Virus record (IMG/VR): IMGVR_UViG_3300042453_002958
Coordinates: 13,376-77,375 of that record
DNA: 64,000 nucleotides
Reading direction: 5' to 3' (one strand)
Source: a virus
Shown here: positions 1 to 9,326 of the stretch, piece after piece
Numbering within the stretch: the stretch's first letter is position 1
Layout: every line of letters begins with the position of its first letter
Made by a program: the position numbers and the translations under genes
The notes under the pieces: model-generated
Database searches by the model: none
What the model was told of the DNA's origin: nothing
The model's input: the letters and a program-made list of their open reading frames with translations, nothing else

Positions 1-55
1 ACCGACGACACACCCGCGGCCACGGACGGCCGCACACCAACGCCAGGAGGGCCGG

Positions 56-1078
56 ATGACACGCAAAGGTGAGCTAGGCGGCGACGACATCACGGCCATG
101 GCGCGGCAGCTGGCGGCAACGCACCCCGACGCGCCGGTCAAGACGCTCGCGCGGCGGCTGGTCAAAGAGTGCAACGGCGCCATAACGCTGACGGCGGCCG
201 AGCGCCGTATCGCGAGGCAGTTCGGCCGGTCTGGCGAGCGCAGCCGAAAGCAGATGGCCGGCACGGCCGTCGCGATGCGACCCGCGCGAGAAAGCGGATG
301 GACGCCCGAAATGCCGCCAAGCAAGGCGGACCGCTGGGAACCCTACCGGCTCGAGGCCACCGGGGTCGTGGGAGTGCTGTCCGACATTCACGTCCCCTAT
401 CACGACGAGGTCGCTCTCCGGGCCGCGGTCGACCAGCTGCGGGGCGACCGGGTCGACGCGCTCGTGCTCAACGGCGACATCGCCGACTTCTATTCGATCA
501 GCCGATACACGCGAAACCCCAAAAAACGCAACTTCCGCGGCGAAGTCGACGCGGTGCGCGAAATGCTCGGCTGGATCCGCCAACAGTTCCGCGACATACC
601 GATCGTGTTCAAGGCCGGAAATCATGAAGAGCGCTGGAACGTGTGGCTTTGGAATCACGCCCCGGAAATCAGCGACGACCCGCGCACGAGCCTCGACCAA
701 TGGCTGGGCATGGACGACCACGGCATCACGTTCGTCGACGACCAGCGGCCGATCATGGCCGGCGAGCTGCCGATCCTCCACGGCCATGAGAAGGGAAAGG
801 GCATCACGGCCCCGGTCAATCAGGCCCGGGGCGCGTTCCTGCGACTCCACCACACCGTGCTCGAGGGCCACGGCCACCGGACGAGCGCACACTGCGAGCC
901 GGATATGTTCGGCCGGGAAGTGTTTTGCTGGAGTACCGGGTGCCTTTGCGACCTGCGGCCGGAGTACGCCCGACTCAACAAGTTTAACCACGGATTCGCC
1001 AGCGTCCGCGTCCAGGCCGACGGGCAGTTCGACGTGTCAAACTTCCGCATTGCAAACGGAAAGGTCCGGTCGTCATGA
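56..1078 (+). CDS. Calcineurin-like metallophosphoesterase
   Basis: Motifs LSDIH, NGDIAD, GNHE, HGH, GHGH. Confidence 0.85.
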   Translation: MTRKGELGGDDITAMARQLAATHPDAPVKTLARRLVKECNGAITLTAAERRIARQFGRSGERSRKQMAGTAVAMRPARESGWTPEMPPSKADRWEPYRLEATGVVGVLSDIHVPYHDEVALRAAVDQLRGDRVDALVLNGDIADFYSISRYTRNPKKRNFRGEVDAVREMLGWIRQQFRDIPIVFKAGNHEERWNVWLWNHAPEISDDPRTSLDQWLGMDDHGITFVDDQRPIMAGELPILHGHEKGKGITAPVNQARGAFLRLHHTVLEGHGHRTSAHCEPDMFGREVFCWSTGCLCDLRPEYARLNKFNHGFASVRVQADGQFDVSNFRIANGKVRSS

Positions 1079-1467
1079 GCGCCCCTGCCGTCACTCGACC
1101 GTGGGTCTACATCGCCAGCCCCTACACGAAGGGCGACGCCGCGATCAACACGCGGTTCCAAATGCGGATATGGGACGTGCTCTTCGACCTAGGCGTGGTG
1201 CCGATCGCTCCGCTCTGGAGCCACTTTCAGCACCTGCACAACCCCCGTCCCTATGGCGATTGGGTGGCCTACGATAACGAAATCATCGCCCGGTGCGATG
1301 CATGCCTGCGGATGACGGCGACCGACGAAGCCACCGGCTACCGGCAGCACGAATCATCGGGCGCGGATGCCGAAGTGCGACTGTTCGAGGCGATGGGAAA
1401 ACCCGTGTTCCACGACTTCTACTCGCTCAAGCAATGGATCGACGCCCTCGCGGAGTCGTGCGCATGA
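1075..1467 (+). CDS. Nucleoside 2-deoxyribosyltransferase-like / DUF1937-type phage protein
   Basis: VYIASPY, later CDA and SSGAxxE; ATGA overlap with upstream gene. Confidence 0.6.
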   Translation: MSAPAVTRPWVYIASPYTKGDAAINTRFQMRIWDVLFDLGVVPIAPLWSHFQHLHNPRPYGDWVAYDNEIIARCDACLRMTATDEATGYRQHESSGADAEVRLFEAMGKPVFHDFYSLKQWIDALAESCA

Positions 1468-2024
1468 AAATCATCGGGTTCGCGGGCCGGATCGGATCGG
1501 GCAAGACGCTTGCGGCGTCCATGATCCCCGACGCCCACTGCCTGCAATGGGCCGACCCCATCTATCGCGGGCTCGCCGCGATGCTGTCGATCCCGGACGA
1601 AGTGCTCCGCGACCGGGCGCAGAAAGAGCGGTTCCTCGACGTGGGCGGCCTGGACGTGGTGCCGCGCGACCTGCTTCGGACGCTCGGCACCGAGTGGGGC
1701 CGCGCGCTCGTCCACCCGGACATCTGGGTCACGCTGACGATGGACCGGATCGACACGCTCGCCGACGCGATCGGGGCGGACGCGTTCGCCGTCTGCGGGA
1801 CACGATTCCCGAACGAAGTGAAGGCGATCCGCGAGCGTGGCGGCGAAGTCTGGTGGGTCGACCGCCCCGGCGTCGCAGTCGGCACGCACTCGAGCGACTT
1901 TCAGATCGGCCCGGACGACTGCGACGACATCATCCGAAACACGGGCACGGTAGGCCAGCTGCGGCACCGCGTGCTCGGAGCGTATGCAGCGTACTCCGGA
2001 AGGGCGGCATGTCGGGCTTCCTGA
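1464..2024 (+). CDS. Deoxynucleoside monophosphate kinase
   Basis: IIGFAGRIGSGKT P-loop, R..LRTLGTEWGR, RFPNE. Confidence 0.85.
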   Translation: MKIIGFAGRIGSGKTLAASMIPDAHCLQWADPIYRGLAAMLSIPDEVLRDRAQKERFLDVGGLDVVPRDLLRTLGTEWGRALVHPDIWVTLTMDRIDTLADAIGADAFAVCGTRFPNEVKAIRERGGEVWWVDRPGVAVGTHSSDFQIGPDDCDDIIRNTGTVGQLRHRVLGAYAAYSGRAACRAS

Positions 2025-2155
2025 TCGCGGTGACGGGCGTCATCTACGCCTATGTTTCAATGGATCTGGCCTACCACGACAAGCCGGGTTTGGCCATTGC
2101 CTACGCCGGCTACGCGTTCGCCAATATCGGCCTCTATCTCGCCGCCACGAGGTGA
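2009..2155 (+). CDS. Small membrane protein
   Basis: 48 aa, two hydrophobic segments, overlaps upstream gene. Confidence 0.55.
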   Translation: MSGFLIAVTGVIYAYVSMDLAYHDKPGLAIAYAGYAFANIGLYLAATR

Positions 2156-2158
2156 CGC

Positions 2159-2803
2159 ATGATTGATCGACTGACGCCCGACGCCGCCGCCTACGTCGTC
2201 GCCGCGATGGCGGAAATGCACGCGGCCGGAGTCAATGTCACGCTCGCCGACGAAGACAGCAAAGCATACGGCGGCAAGCTCGGCGGCTACTTTGACGAAG
2301 ACGGGCCGACGTTCTTCGTCGCCACGGCGGTCTCGCCGCAAGTCTGGCTGTCCGTGTTCATCCACGAGCACCAGCACTACCGGCAATGGCGGGCAAACTC
2401 CCCGACCTGGACGGCGCGGCTCGGGGAAGACTGCTGCGCGTGGTACCTGTTCGACGCGTGGCTCCAGGGGGTCGTCGAGCTGACGCCGCAGCAACGCGAC
2501 AACGCGATCCGGCTGATCCTTGAGTGCGAGCGCGAATGCGAGACGATGGTGCTGTCAGAGCTCGAGGCCCGGCCAGGGCTCGGGCTGACGCTCGATTGGT
2601 ACCACCGAGCGGCCAACGTCTACCTCGCGTGGTACGGCGTCTGCCGCCTGACGCGGCAGTGGTACCAGCGCTCCCCCTACGCCGACGACGAGCTCGTCTC
2701 CCTGATGCCGGCGGACCGGCTGCTGACGGTCGAGGAGGCGATCCGGCCGACGCCGGCCGTGCTCGGGGCGATCGCGGCCAAGGTGTTCGCGGACGTGGCA
2801 TGA
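2159..2803 (+). CDS. Putative HEXXH zinc metallopeptidase
   Basis: FIHEHQH motif with downstream Glu. Confidence 0.5.
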   Translation: MIDRLTPDAAAYVVAAMAEMHAAGVNVTLADEDSKAYGGKLGGYFDEDGPTFFVATAVSPQVWLSVFIHEHQHYRQWRANSPTWTARLGEDCCAWYLFDAWLQGVVELTPQQRDNAIRLILECERECETMVLSELEARPGLGLTLDWYHRAANVYLAWYGVCRLTRQWYQRSPYADDELVSLMPADRLLTVEEAIRPTPAVLGAIAAKVFADVA

Positions 2804-2816
2804 CAACGGTAGTTCA

Positions 2817-3719
2817 TCACGCCGCCGGGTTTCCCGGGGGGTGGTCGTCGGGCCGGATCCGCGGCAAGAGCTCCCACGGCTTCGGCTGGCGGGCTCCGGT
2901 GATCCGGGGGTCCAGGTAGCTCTCCCGCGTGATCGAGTCTGAGGAATGCCCCAGATACGCCGTGGCGTCGCCCCCGGCGGCATCCAGGTGGCTCGCCGTG
3001 CTCTTCCGAAGGACGTGGAACTGGACATCCCTTCCGTCGCCAAGCCCGGCCCGCCGTGTGAGCGTCTTCCACCGCTTGCGAAGGGCGGTCATCGTGGCGC
3101 CCCAAAAAAACACCCGCTCGGCCCGGTGGTGCCGCAGCATGTCGTCCACCATGTCGCAGACCCACGGCGGCAGTTCGTAGGCGCGTTCCTGCCGCTTCCC
3201 CTTGCGAGTGTGCGGAGGCACGACCAACCACGGCCGCCTCCAGTTGTCGCGGGTGATCGCCAGCGTGGCCGTGATCCGCTCGCCGCTGTAGAAGAGCACC
3301 GCGATAAGCGTCGGGAAAAACAGCTTCGCCGGCACCGGCCCGACCCATCCCGTGCTGCGCTCCGCGACCGCGAACAGCCGCGACAGCTCCGCTTCCGTCA
3401 ACGCCCGCGGCGTCCGCTCGGGGACGACCTCCGCGCTGACGCACGGCCGCAGCCTAACGATGCCGCGGGCCTGCGCCAGATTCCAGAGCGCCAGCAACCC
3501 CGACCGCTCGCGGGCCACGGACTCCGGCGCGAGCTTCTCGCCGCGTTTGGCAAGAAACTGGCTCACGCGCAGATCCTCAAAATCCTCGAGCACCGCCGGG
3601 CGGCCGAGCCACCGCGAAAACTGCGTGATCGCGTGCCGCAGCAGCCGGACCGACTCCGGGCTTCGGCCGCGGAGTTTGAGCGGAACGTAGATGTCCGCGA
3701 GAAACTGATCGAGCGTCAT
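2817..3719 (-). CDS. int: Tyrosine recombinase/integrase (phage X)
   Basis: SGER, TRKG, FHVLRKS, LGHSS, Y; RBS GGAGG; about 300 aa with no obvious arm-binding domain. Confidence 0.9.
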   Translation of the reverse strand: MTLDQFLADIYVPLKLRGRSPESVRLLRHAITQFSRWLGRPAVLEDFEDLRVSQFLAKRGEKLAPESVARERSGLLALWNLAQARGIVRLRPCVSAEVVPERTPRALTEAELSRLFAVAERSTGWVGPVPAKLFFPTLIAVLFYSGERITATLAITRDNWRRPWLVVPPHTRKGKRQERAYELPPWVCDMVDDMLRHHRAERVFFWGATMTALRKRWKTLTRRAGLGDGRDVQFHVLRKSTASHLDAAGGDATAYLGHSSDSITRESYLDPRITGARQPKPWELLPRIRPDDHPPGNPAA

Positions 3720-3827
3720 GGCGTGTCCTCCCTCGTGTGGGATATAGGTCACGCTTCCGTGCGGGGAATGCCCTTCCGTGCTGGGGTGTCGGCCGTGCCG
3801 GCTTTGCCGGTCGATCCGTCCGAGAAT

Positions 3828-3848
3828 GGTTCGGTCCCACCCCCGCCA
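3828..3848 (+). other. Candidate attP core (tRNA 3'-end-like fragment)
   Basis: GGTTCGGTCCCACCCCCGCCA resembles T-loop + T-stem + acceptor strand + discriminator; just upstream of integrase. Confidence 0.35.
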
Positions 3849-3921
3849 CTTTCAACCGTTGCGATCCCCGTCGGGGACGGCAACGCAGAATGCCCGGGAA
3901 ACCGGGGCTAGTCTGTAGGGA

Positions 3922-4206
3922 ATGGAGCCCGCCATGCCAGCCCCGCGTGATCGACACCCGGGCGGACGGCCGCGGACGCGGGCGCCGTCGCCGCTGTTCG
4001 TTCGGATCGAATCCTTGGCACGGCGTAGGGGGCTTCGTCTCGACCAGCTAGCAGAAATCGCCGGCGTCGGCCGTGCAACGCTCTACCAGCTGAACGACCC
4101 GAAGGTGTCAACCGCCCGCGCGATCGCCGCAGCTCTCGGTGTGACGCTGGACCGTCTAACGCGAGACGAACCCGCCGCGAAGCCGCGCCGCCAACGGTCG
4201 GCGTGA
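3922..4206 (+). CDS. XRE/Cro-family HTH regulator
   Basis: LDQLAEIAGVGRATLYQL...AIAAALGVTLDRL; start may be 3934. Confidence 0.8.
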   Translation: MEPAMPAPRDRHPGGRPRTRAPSPLFVRIESLARRRGLRLDQLAEIAGVGRATLYQLNDPKVSTARAIAAALGVTLDRLTRDEPAAKPRRQRSA

Positions 4207-4322
4207 TATGCGGCGGATGATAACGTCGGCCACTCGCGTCACGCGGCCGGGCAACGCGCGATCGGCGGGGTGATATGCGGCACACCCGCCGCTACGGGGA
4301 ACCGCAGAAACAATGGTTCTCC
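4203..4322 (+). other. attI-like recombination site (copy X)
   Basis: GTGATATGCGGC direct repeats at 4203 and 4270, then GAACCGCAGAAACAATG-GTTCTCC; homologous to the reverse complement of 57934-58052. Confidence 0.6.
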
Positions 4323-4475
4323 AATCGATGTATCGCCGGTGCCCACGCGGTTCGCAGTAACGGTTTATCCTTCCGCCCGCTGCCGCCCCGAGCGACGCAT
4401 GATCGCCGTCGGGCATCTGAGCTATCGCCGCCGGCGCGGCGTCATGACTCGTGTCGGATCGCATCGCTCGCGTCC

Positions 4476-4778
4476 TCACTTGTCCGCCATCTGGATCGAG
4501 TGCCGCGCCATGCGCTCCGGCTGGATCCGCTTGAAGTAGACGACGAAGACAAGATTGCTCTCGCCGTGATTGCCCTGGAGCAACGCGCCTAACTCGGCCA
4601 GCCGCGTCGCGGCCCTCGTGTTGAAGCGGCGAAACGCGACGCGCAGAAACGTAGTCGGCGGGTCCGCGGCCTCGAACTGGTCGAGGAATATCTGCTCGGG
4701 CGCGTCGCGGTATCCGTCCGCGCGGTAGAGCTGCTCGGCCGCTTCGCGAATCTGCGCGGCTGTCAGTCCGGCAATCAT
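4476..4778 (-). CDS. Hypothetical protein
   Basis: ORF with GGAGG RBS. Confidence 0.5.
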   Translation of the reverse strand: MIAGLTAAQIREAAEQLYRADGYRDAPEQIFLDQFEAADPPTTFLRVAFRRFNTRAATRLAELGALLQGNHGESNLVFVVYFKRIQPERMARHSIQMADK

Positions 4779-4840
4779 TGGTCCCTCCATGCCGTGGCGG
4801 CCGTGATTCTAGCGGTTTGTCCGTTCTGTGGAAAACCCTC

Positions 4841-4869
4841 TTGACGCGATTGTCCGTGCGCCATAAAAC
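4841..4869 (+). promoter_or_regulatory. sigma70-like early promoter
   Basis: TTGACG-17-TAAAAC upstream of rightward early operon. Confidence 0.55.
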
Positions 4870-5209
4870 CCCTCCCCGTGACGCCCAACGTGGGCATCGC
4901 CGCGACGCTCACGCGATCGCGAAAACGGACTTCTCAGGCGAGGGACTGCCACATGACCGCCACCAGCAATCGCGTGGCGTCCCGCATCGACAAGGGACGC
5001 ACGAATGCGAAACCGAATCGCGGGACTGACGACACCGGAGCACGATTCGCTCGACGATGGGCCGCTCGACGATCAGGCGGCCATGGAGTTCGCCCGCTGG
5101 ACCCCGTCGCAGCGGCGGCTACGCAGGATGTTCGCACGGATGCAACGTCGGAGGATCCGACGGATTCTGCGGATGCACTCGGCCCCGGTCGCCATGGAGG
5201 GCGCCCGGG

Positions 5210-5404
5210 ATGCTGAGGCTACGCCGCAGAGTGGGCGAGCGGATCGTCGTCATCCCGCCGGACTCCGGGCCGATCCGTGTGACGGTCGTGGAAGTGGACG
5301 GGGGCAAAGTGTGGATCGGAGTGGACGCCGACGCGGACACGAAGATCTACCGCGAAGAGGTATACCGACGAGTGCTCGAGGAGCGACAGCAGCCGCAGGA
5401 ATGA
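5210..5404 (+). CDS. csrA: CsrA/RsmA-like RNA-binding protein
   Basis: MLRLRRRVGERI...VTVVEVDGGKVWIGVDA...IYREEV. Confidence 0.8.
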   Translation: MLRLRRRVGERIVVIPPDSGPIRVTVVEVDGGKVWIGVDADADTKIYREEVYRRVLEERQQPQE

Positions 5405-5664
5405 TGCCGATGGGTTGCATCGCTGGCGACGCCATGCCGGGCGACGCGGAGGCGGCGGGGGCCGCGGCCGAAATCGCCGAGCAGGCCGGACTGTGCCGCG
5501 GGGATCTGGTGCTGTTCTTCGACGCTGAACGCGGGTTTCGCCAGCTCACCGCGGCATGGGTGATCCAGGTGACGACGCGCGGAGATGTCGTCGTCGAAAC
5601 GTGCCTGGAGCGGTGCGAGCTGCTCGTGTCGGCCAGCCAGATCGCGCGGAGGATCCCGTCGTGA
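5401..5664 (+). CDS. Hypothetical protein
   Basis: ATGA-coupled ORF in early operon. Confidence 0.5.
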   Translation: MMPMGCIAGDAMPGDAEAAGAAAEIAEQAGLCRGDLVLFFDAERGFRQLTAAWVIQVTTRGDVVVETCLERCELLVSASQIARRIPS

Positions 5665-5888
5665 AGCAACTCAACCGATCGGCGAGGGTGAGCCGGCGGC
5701 CAGCGGACGCTGCCGCGTGGATGCGAGCCCGGGTGTGGCGTCTGGTGCAGGCCGTGCGGCAGCTGCACGAGTCGGAAGTCTGCGTGTCCGCGAAGACCTA
5801 CCGACAGGATCCGATGCTCCGAATGCTGGTCCGCGACACCGCGGACGAAATCGCGGCCGAGCTCCGCGTGCAAGGGGGGCCACTGTGA
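5661..5888 (+). CDS. Hypothetical protein
   Basis: GTGA-coupled ORF. Confidence 0.45.
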   Translation: MKQLNRSARVSRRPADAAAWMRARVWRLVQAVRQLHESEVCVSAKTYRQDPMLRMLVRDTADEIAAELRVQGGPL

Positions 5889-6046
5889 TGACCGCGTGTT
5901 TCGTGGCCGGGATCGCCGTCGGCGTCGGATGCACCGCTCTGGCGGTGGTGTTCGGCGCGGTGACGGCGTGCTGCTCGCGACGTAGCGATCGGCACTGGGA
6001 CTGTGTTCGTGACCAACTGTTTTCCCACGATGGAGGTGAGCGATGA
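5888..6046 (+). CDS. Small membrane protein
   Basis: Hydrophobic N-terminus, coupled to neighbours. Confidence 0.4.
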   Translation: MTACFVAGIAVGVGCTALAVVFGAVTACCSRRSDRHWDCVRDQLFSHDGGER

Positions 6047-6879
6047 CCGAATCTGCGATTGCGGTGACACCGGCCAAGCGGTCGGTGCTGATGACGATGG
6101 CGACACGCTACGGGATGGAGCCCGAAGCGTTCGAGGCGACCGTGCGGGCCACATGCGGCATGGCGGGTGCGACACGCGAGGAGTTCGCGGCGTTCCTGCT
6201 CGTCGCGAAGGAATACGCCCTGAACCCGGCCACGCGAGAAATCTACGCGTTTCCGAAAAAGGGCGGCGGAATCCAGCCGATCGTGTCCATCGACGGGTGG
6301 ATCACGATGGGGAACAACCACCCGCAGATGGATGGCCTCGAGGTCGACTTCCAGCACGACGACGCCGGGAAGTTGGTGTCGGCTACGGCCCGCGTCTTTC
6401 GGAAGGATCGGTCGCACCCGGTCGTCGTGACGGAGTATCTGGCCGAGTGCATCCGGCCGACGGACCCGTGGAAGATGCAGCACCGGATGCTCCGGCACAA
6501 GGCGGCGATCCAAGCCTTCCGCTACGCGTTCGGCTTCTCGGGGATCATGGAGCCGGACGAAGCCGAGGGGGTCGAGAGCCGGGCGGCCAGCACGACCACG
6601 CCCGAGCCGCGCGCGGTGCAAGAGCTGCCACCGCTGACCGAGGCCGAGTGGCAAAAGCTGATGCCCGCGTGGATCCGTGCGGTCGCGGCCGGCCGCAAAA
6701 CGGGCGGCGACATCCTCGCCTTTGCCCGGACGCGGTGGTCGCTGACCGACGGCCAAGCCGACCAGATCATGCTGATCGGCGCCACCGTCGCCGATGACGG
6801 CGAAATCGTCGAGGCCGTGGCGGTGGGCCGCGGTGACGCGTGGGAACCGCCGGTCGGCGACGAAGGGGGTGCCGCATGA
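6043..6879 (+). CDS. bet: Bet/RecT-family ssDNA annealing protein
   Basis: LNPATREIYAFP, IVSIDGW, PW...RMLRHKA.IQA.RYAFGFSGI. Confidence 0.9.
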   Translation: MTESAIAVTPAKRSVLMTMATRYGMEPEAFEATVRATCGMAGATREEFAAFLLVAKEYALNPATREIYAFPKKGGGIQPIVSIDGWITMGNNHPQMDGLEVDFQHDDAGKLVSATARVFRKDRSHPVVVTEYLAECIRPTDPWKMQHRMLRHKAAIQAFRYAFGFSGIMEPDEAEGVESRAASTTTPEPRAVQELPPLTEAEWQKLMPAWIRAVAAGRKTGGDILAFARTRWSLTDGQADQIMLIGATVADDGEIVEAVAVGRGDAWEPPVGDEGGAA

Positions 6880-8558
6880 AGATCATCTCGCTCGCCCAAG
6901 GCTCGCCGGAGTGGCTCGCGCACCGCGCCGCCCACTTCAACGCAAGCGACGCGCCGGCCATGCTCGGGTGCTCCCCGCACAAAAGCCGCCGACAGCTGCT
7001 CGCGGAGTGTGCCACGGGCATCACGCCGGAAGTCGACCCGGCGACGCAACGGCGGTTCAACAACGGCCACCGGCTGGAAGCCCTCGCGCGGCCCATGGCC
7101 GAGCAAATCGTCGGCGAGCCGCTCTACCCGGTGACGGGCACGAACGGCCGCTACTCCGCGAGTTTCGACGGTCTGACGCTCGGGGGCGAAACCGCATTCG
7201 AGCACAAGGCGCTCAACGGCGACATCCGGGCCGCGTTCCAATCCGGGGCCGACCTGCCCATGCACTACCGCGTGCAGATGGAGCACCAACTGCTCGTGAG
7301 CGGGGCCGGTCGCGTGCTGTTCGTGGCGAGCGATTGGGACGCCGCCGGGAATCTGCTCGAGTCGCACCACCGCTGGGTCGAATCGGACCCGGTGCTCCGC
7401 GAGCGGATCGTGGCCGGATGGACGCAGTTCGCGGCCGACCTAATGTCCTTCGAGCCGGCCGCGCCGGCGGAAGCGGCGCCGGTGGGAACCGCGCCGGAAA
7501 CGCTGCCGGCCCTGCGGATCGAAGTCGAGGGCACCGTCATCGCCAGCAACCTCCAGACGTTCCGCGAAACCGCCATCACGGCAATCCGCCACGTCCGCCG
7601 AGACTTGACGACCGATCAGGACTTCGCGGACGCGGAGCTGTCGGTCAAATGGTGCCGGGAAGTCGAGACCCGGATCGACGCCGCCAAGGCTCACGCGCTG
7701 TCGCAGACCGCGTCCATCGAAGAGCTTTTCCGCACGCTCGACGACGTGTCCGCGGAGGCTCGCCGGGTGCGGCTCGACCTGGAGAAGCTGGTCCGCGGGC
7801 GGAAGGATGAAATCCGAACGTCGATCGTGGTCGACGCCCAGCGGGCGCTGGCGAAGCATGTCGCCATGCTGTCGGCCGAAACCATGCCCTTCGAGCTTCG
7901 GCCGCCGGCGGCGGACTTCGGCGGGGCGGTCAAGGGGAAGCGTTCGATCACGGCCATGCACGACGCCGTCGACCACGCTCTGGCCGACGCCAAGATGGCC
8001 GCGGACGCGGAGGCCCGGGTCGTGCGAGCAAACGTCGCCGCATTCCGCGACATGGCGGCGGGCCGCGAGTCGCTCTTCCCCGACGGCGGGAAACTGATCG
8101 GCATGGAGCCGGCGGCGTTCCGCGAGTTGGTGGCCGGCCGGATCGCCCGGGCTGACGCGGAAAACGCGGAGCGTGCCCGGAAGGCCGCGGAAGCGGCAAC
8201 GGCGGCGGCGCCGGAAGCGGCCACGCCGCCGGCCGTGCTCCACCAAACGACCGGCCCGGGGGCGCCGGAAACCGCGGCGGCGGCCGCGGCGGACGACGAC
8301 TTCGGCGACGGCGACGAAGCGGCCAGCGAACCGGCCACGCTGAGCCTTGGCGACATCAACGCCCGGCTCGGGATCACGATGTCGGCCGCGTTCATCGCCA
8401 ACACGCTGCAAGTGGCGCCAGCCGGGCGGAATCGCCGGGCGCTGCTGTTCACCGATCGCCAGTTCCGGGCCATCTGCCAGCGGCTGGCGTCGCACGTTCA
8501 CGCGGTGAGCGCGCGGACTCGTGTTCGGGAAGTTGCAACGATCGGAGATGAATCATGA
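6876..8558 (+). CDS. YqaJ-like viral recombinase exonuclease with coiled-coil extension
   Basis: QGSPEWLAHR, ASDAPAMLG, SASFDG, EHK, Y..QMEHQLLV. Confidence 0.88.
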   Translation: MKIISLAQGSPEWLAHRAAHFNASDAPAMLGCSPHKSRRQLLAECATGITPEVDPATQRRFNNGHRLEALARPMAEQIVGEPLYPVTGTNGRYSASFDGLTLGGETAFEHKALNGDIRAAFQSGADLPMHYRVQMEHQLLVSGAGRVLFVASDWDAAGNLLESHHRWVESDPVLRERIVAGWTQFAADLMSFEPAAPAEAAPVGTAPETLPALRIEVEGTVIASNLQTFRETAITAIRHVRRDLTTDQDFADAELSVKWCREVETRIDAAKAHALSQTASIEELFRTLDDVSAEARRVRLDLEKLVRGRKDEIRTSIVVDAQRALAKHVAMLSAETMPFELRPPAADFGGAVKGKRSITAMHDAVDHALADAKMAADAEARVVRANVAAFRDMAAGRESLFPDGGKLIGMEPAAFRELVAGRIARADAENAERARKAAEAATAAAPEAATPPAVLHQTTGPGAPETAAAAAADDDFGDGDEAASEPATLSLGDINARLGITMSAAFIANTLQVAPAGRNRRALLFTDRQFRAICQRLASHVHAVSARTRVREVATIGDES

Positions 8559-8791
8559 TCCGGCGAGCCTTGCGGTGGATCTTCGGGATCGACGCGTTCG
8601 AGCGGATGGAGGCCGAGCTGCACCAAATGGAAGTCCACCGTAAAGCCTACCGTGACAACGCGCGGAGTCTTTCGGAGGAAAACTCGCGGCTCCGAAAAAC
8701 GATCGCCGAGCAGCGGTCGCTGCTCGTGATGCTCCGCGACGTGAATCGCGAGATGGACGAACGTATCGGGAAGTTGGAGGGTGTCGCGTGA
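8555..8791 (+). CDS. Hypothetical coiled-coil protein
   Basis: Coupled ORF. Confidence 0.55.
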   Translation: MIRRALRWIFGIDAFERMEAELHQMEVHRKAYRDNARSLSEENSRLRKTIAEQRSLLVMLRDVNREMDERIGKLEGVA

Positions 8792-8973
8792 AGTCCCCGG
8801 AAGCCAGGGAATACGAGCGGCTCGACCGGCATATCCGCACGGCAAACAGCGTCCGCGAGCTGCTGATATGGGACGCCGGGCGGGCAATGGCCGCGCTGCC
8901 GGCCACGCACGACAAGGCGCTCGCCCGAGCGGTGGCCGCGCGAATGCAGCACCTGACGGGGCGGAAGCCATGA
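8788..8973 (+). CDS. Hypothetical protein
   Basis: Coupled ORF. Confidence 0.45.
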   Translation: MKSPEAREYERLDRHIRTANSVRELLIWDAGRAMAALPATHDKALARAVAARMQHLTGRKP

Positions 8974-9326
8974 GCGACTATTGGCCAGAGCGAACGGACT
9001 TCGGGCCGCTGTTCTCCGCGCCCAAGGCCCGCGCGAGCGATCCGCCGACATCCCACGCGGCCGCGCGATCACGCGGCCTGACCGGCCAAAAGCTGCTCGT
9101 GTACGAAGCCCTCGCCGCCGGCCCTGCCGGCCAGACCGAGCTCGGCCAGCGGATCGGGATGGACGCCCACCGCGTCAACAAGCGGCTCGCGGACCTCGAA
9201 AGCGAAGGGCTTGCCGCGCCGACGGGCGACGAAGTTCGCAACGCTGGCGGGTGCCTGGAGCGGGTTTGGCGACGGATCGCAACCAATGCGGAATCGAATG
9301 GAGGCCAGCATGGCACGGAAGCCTGA
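8970..9326 (+). CDS. Winged-HTH (MarR-like) protein
   Basis: AR.SDPPTSHAAA + wHTH; homologous to 51655-51975. Confidence 0.7.
   Translation: MSDYWPERTDFGPLFSAPKARASDPPTSHAAARSRGLTGQKLLVYEALAAGPAGQTELGQRIGMDAHRVNKRLADLESEGLAAPTGDEVRNAGGCLERVWRRIATNAESNGGQHGTEA

Noticed and set aside
5005-5664. Single 219-aa ORF spanning csrA
   Set aside because: It overlaps the clear CsrA frame; a coupled start at 5401 explains the 3' part.
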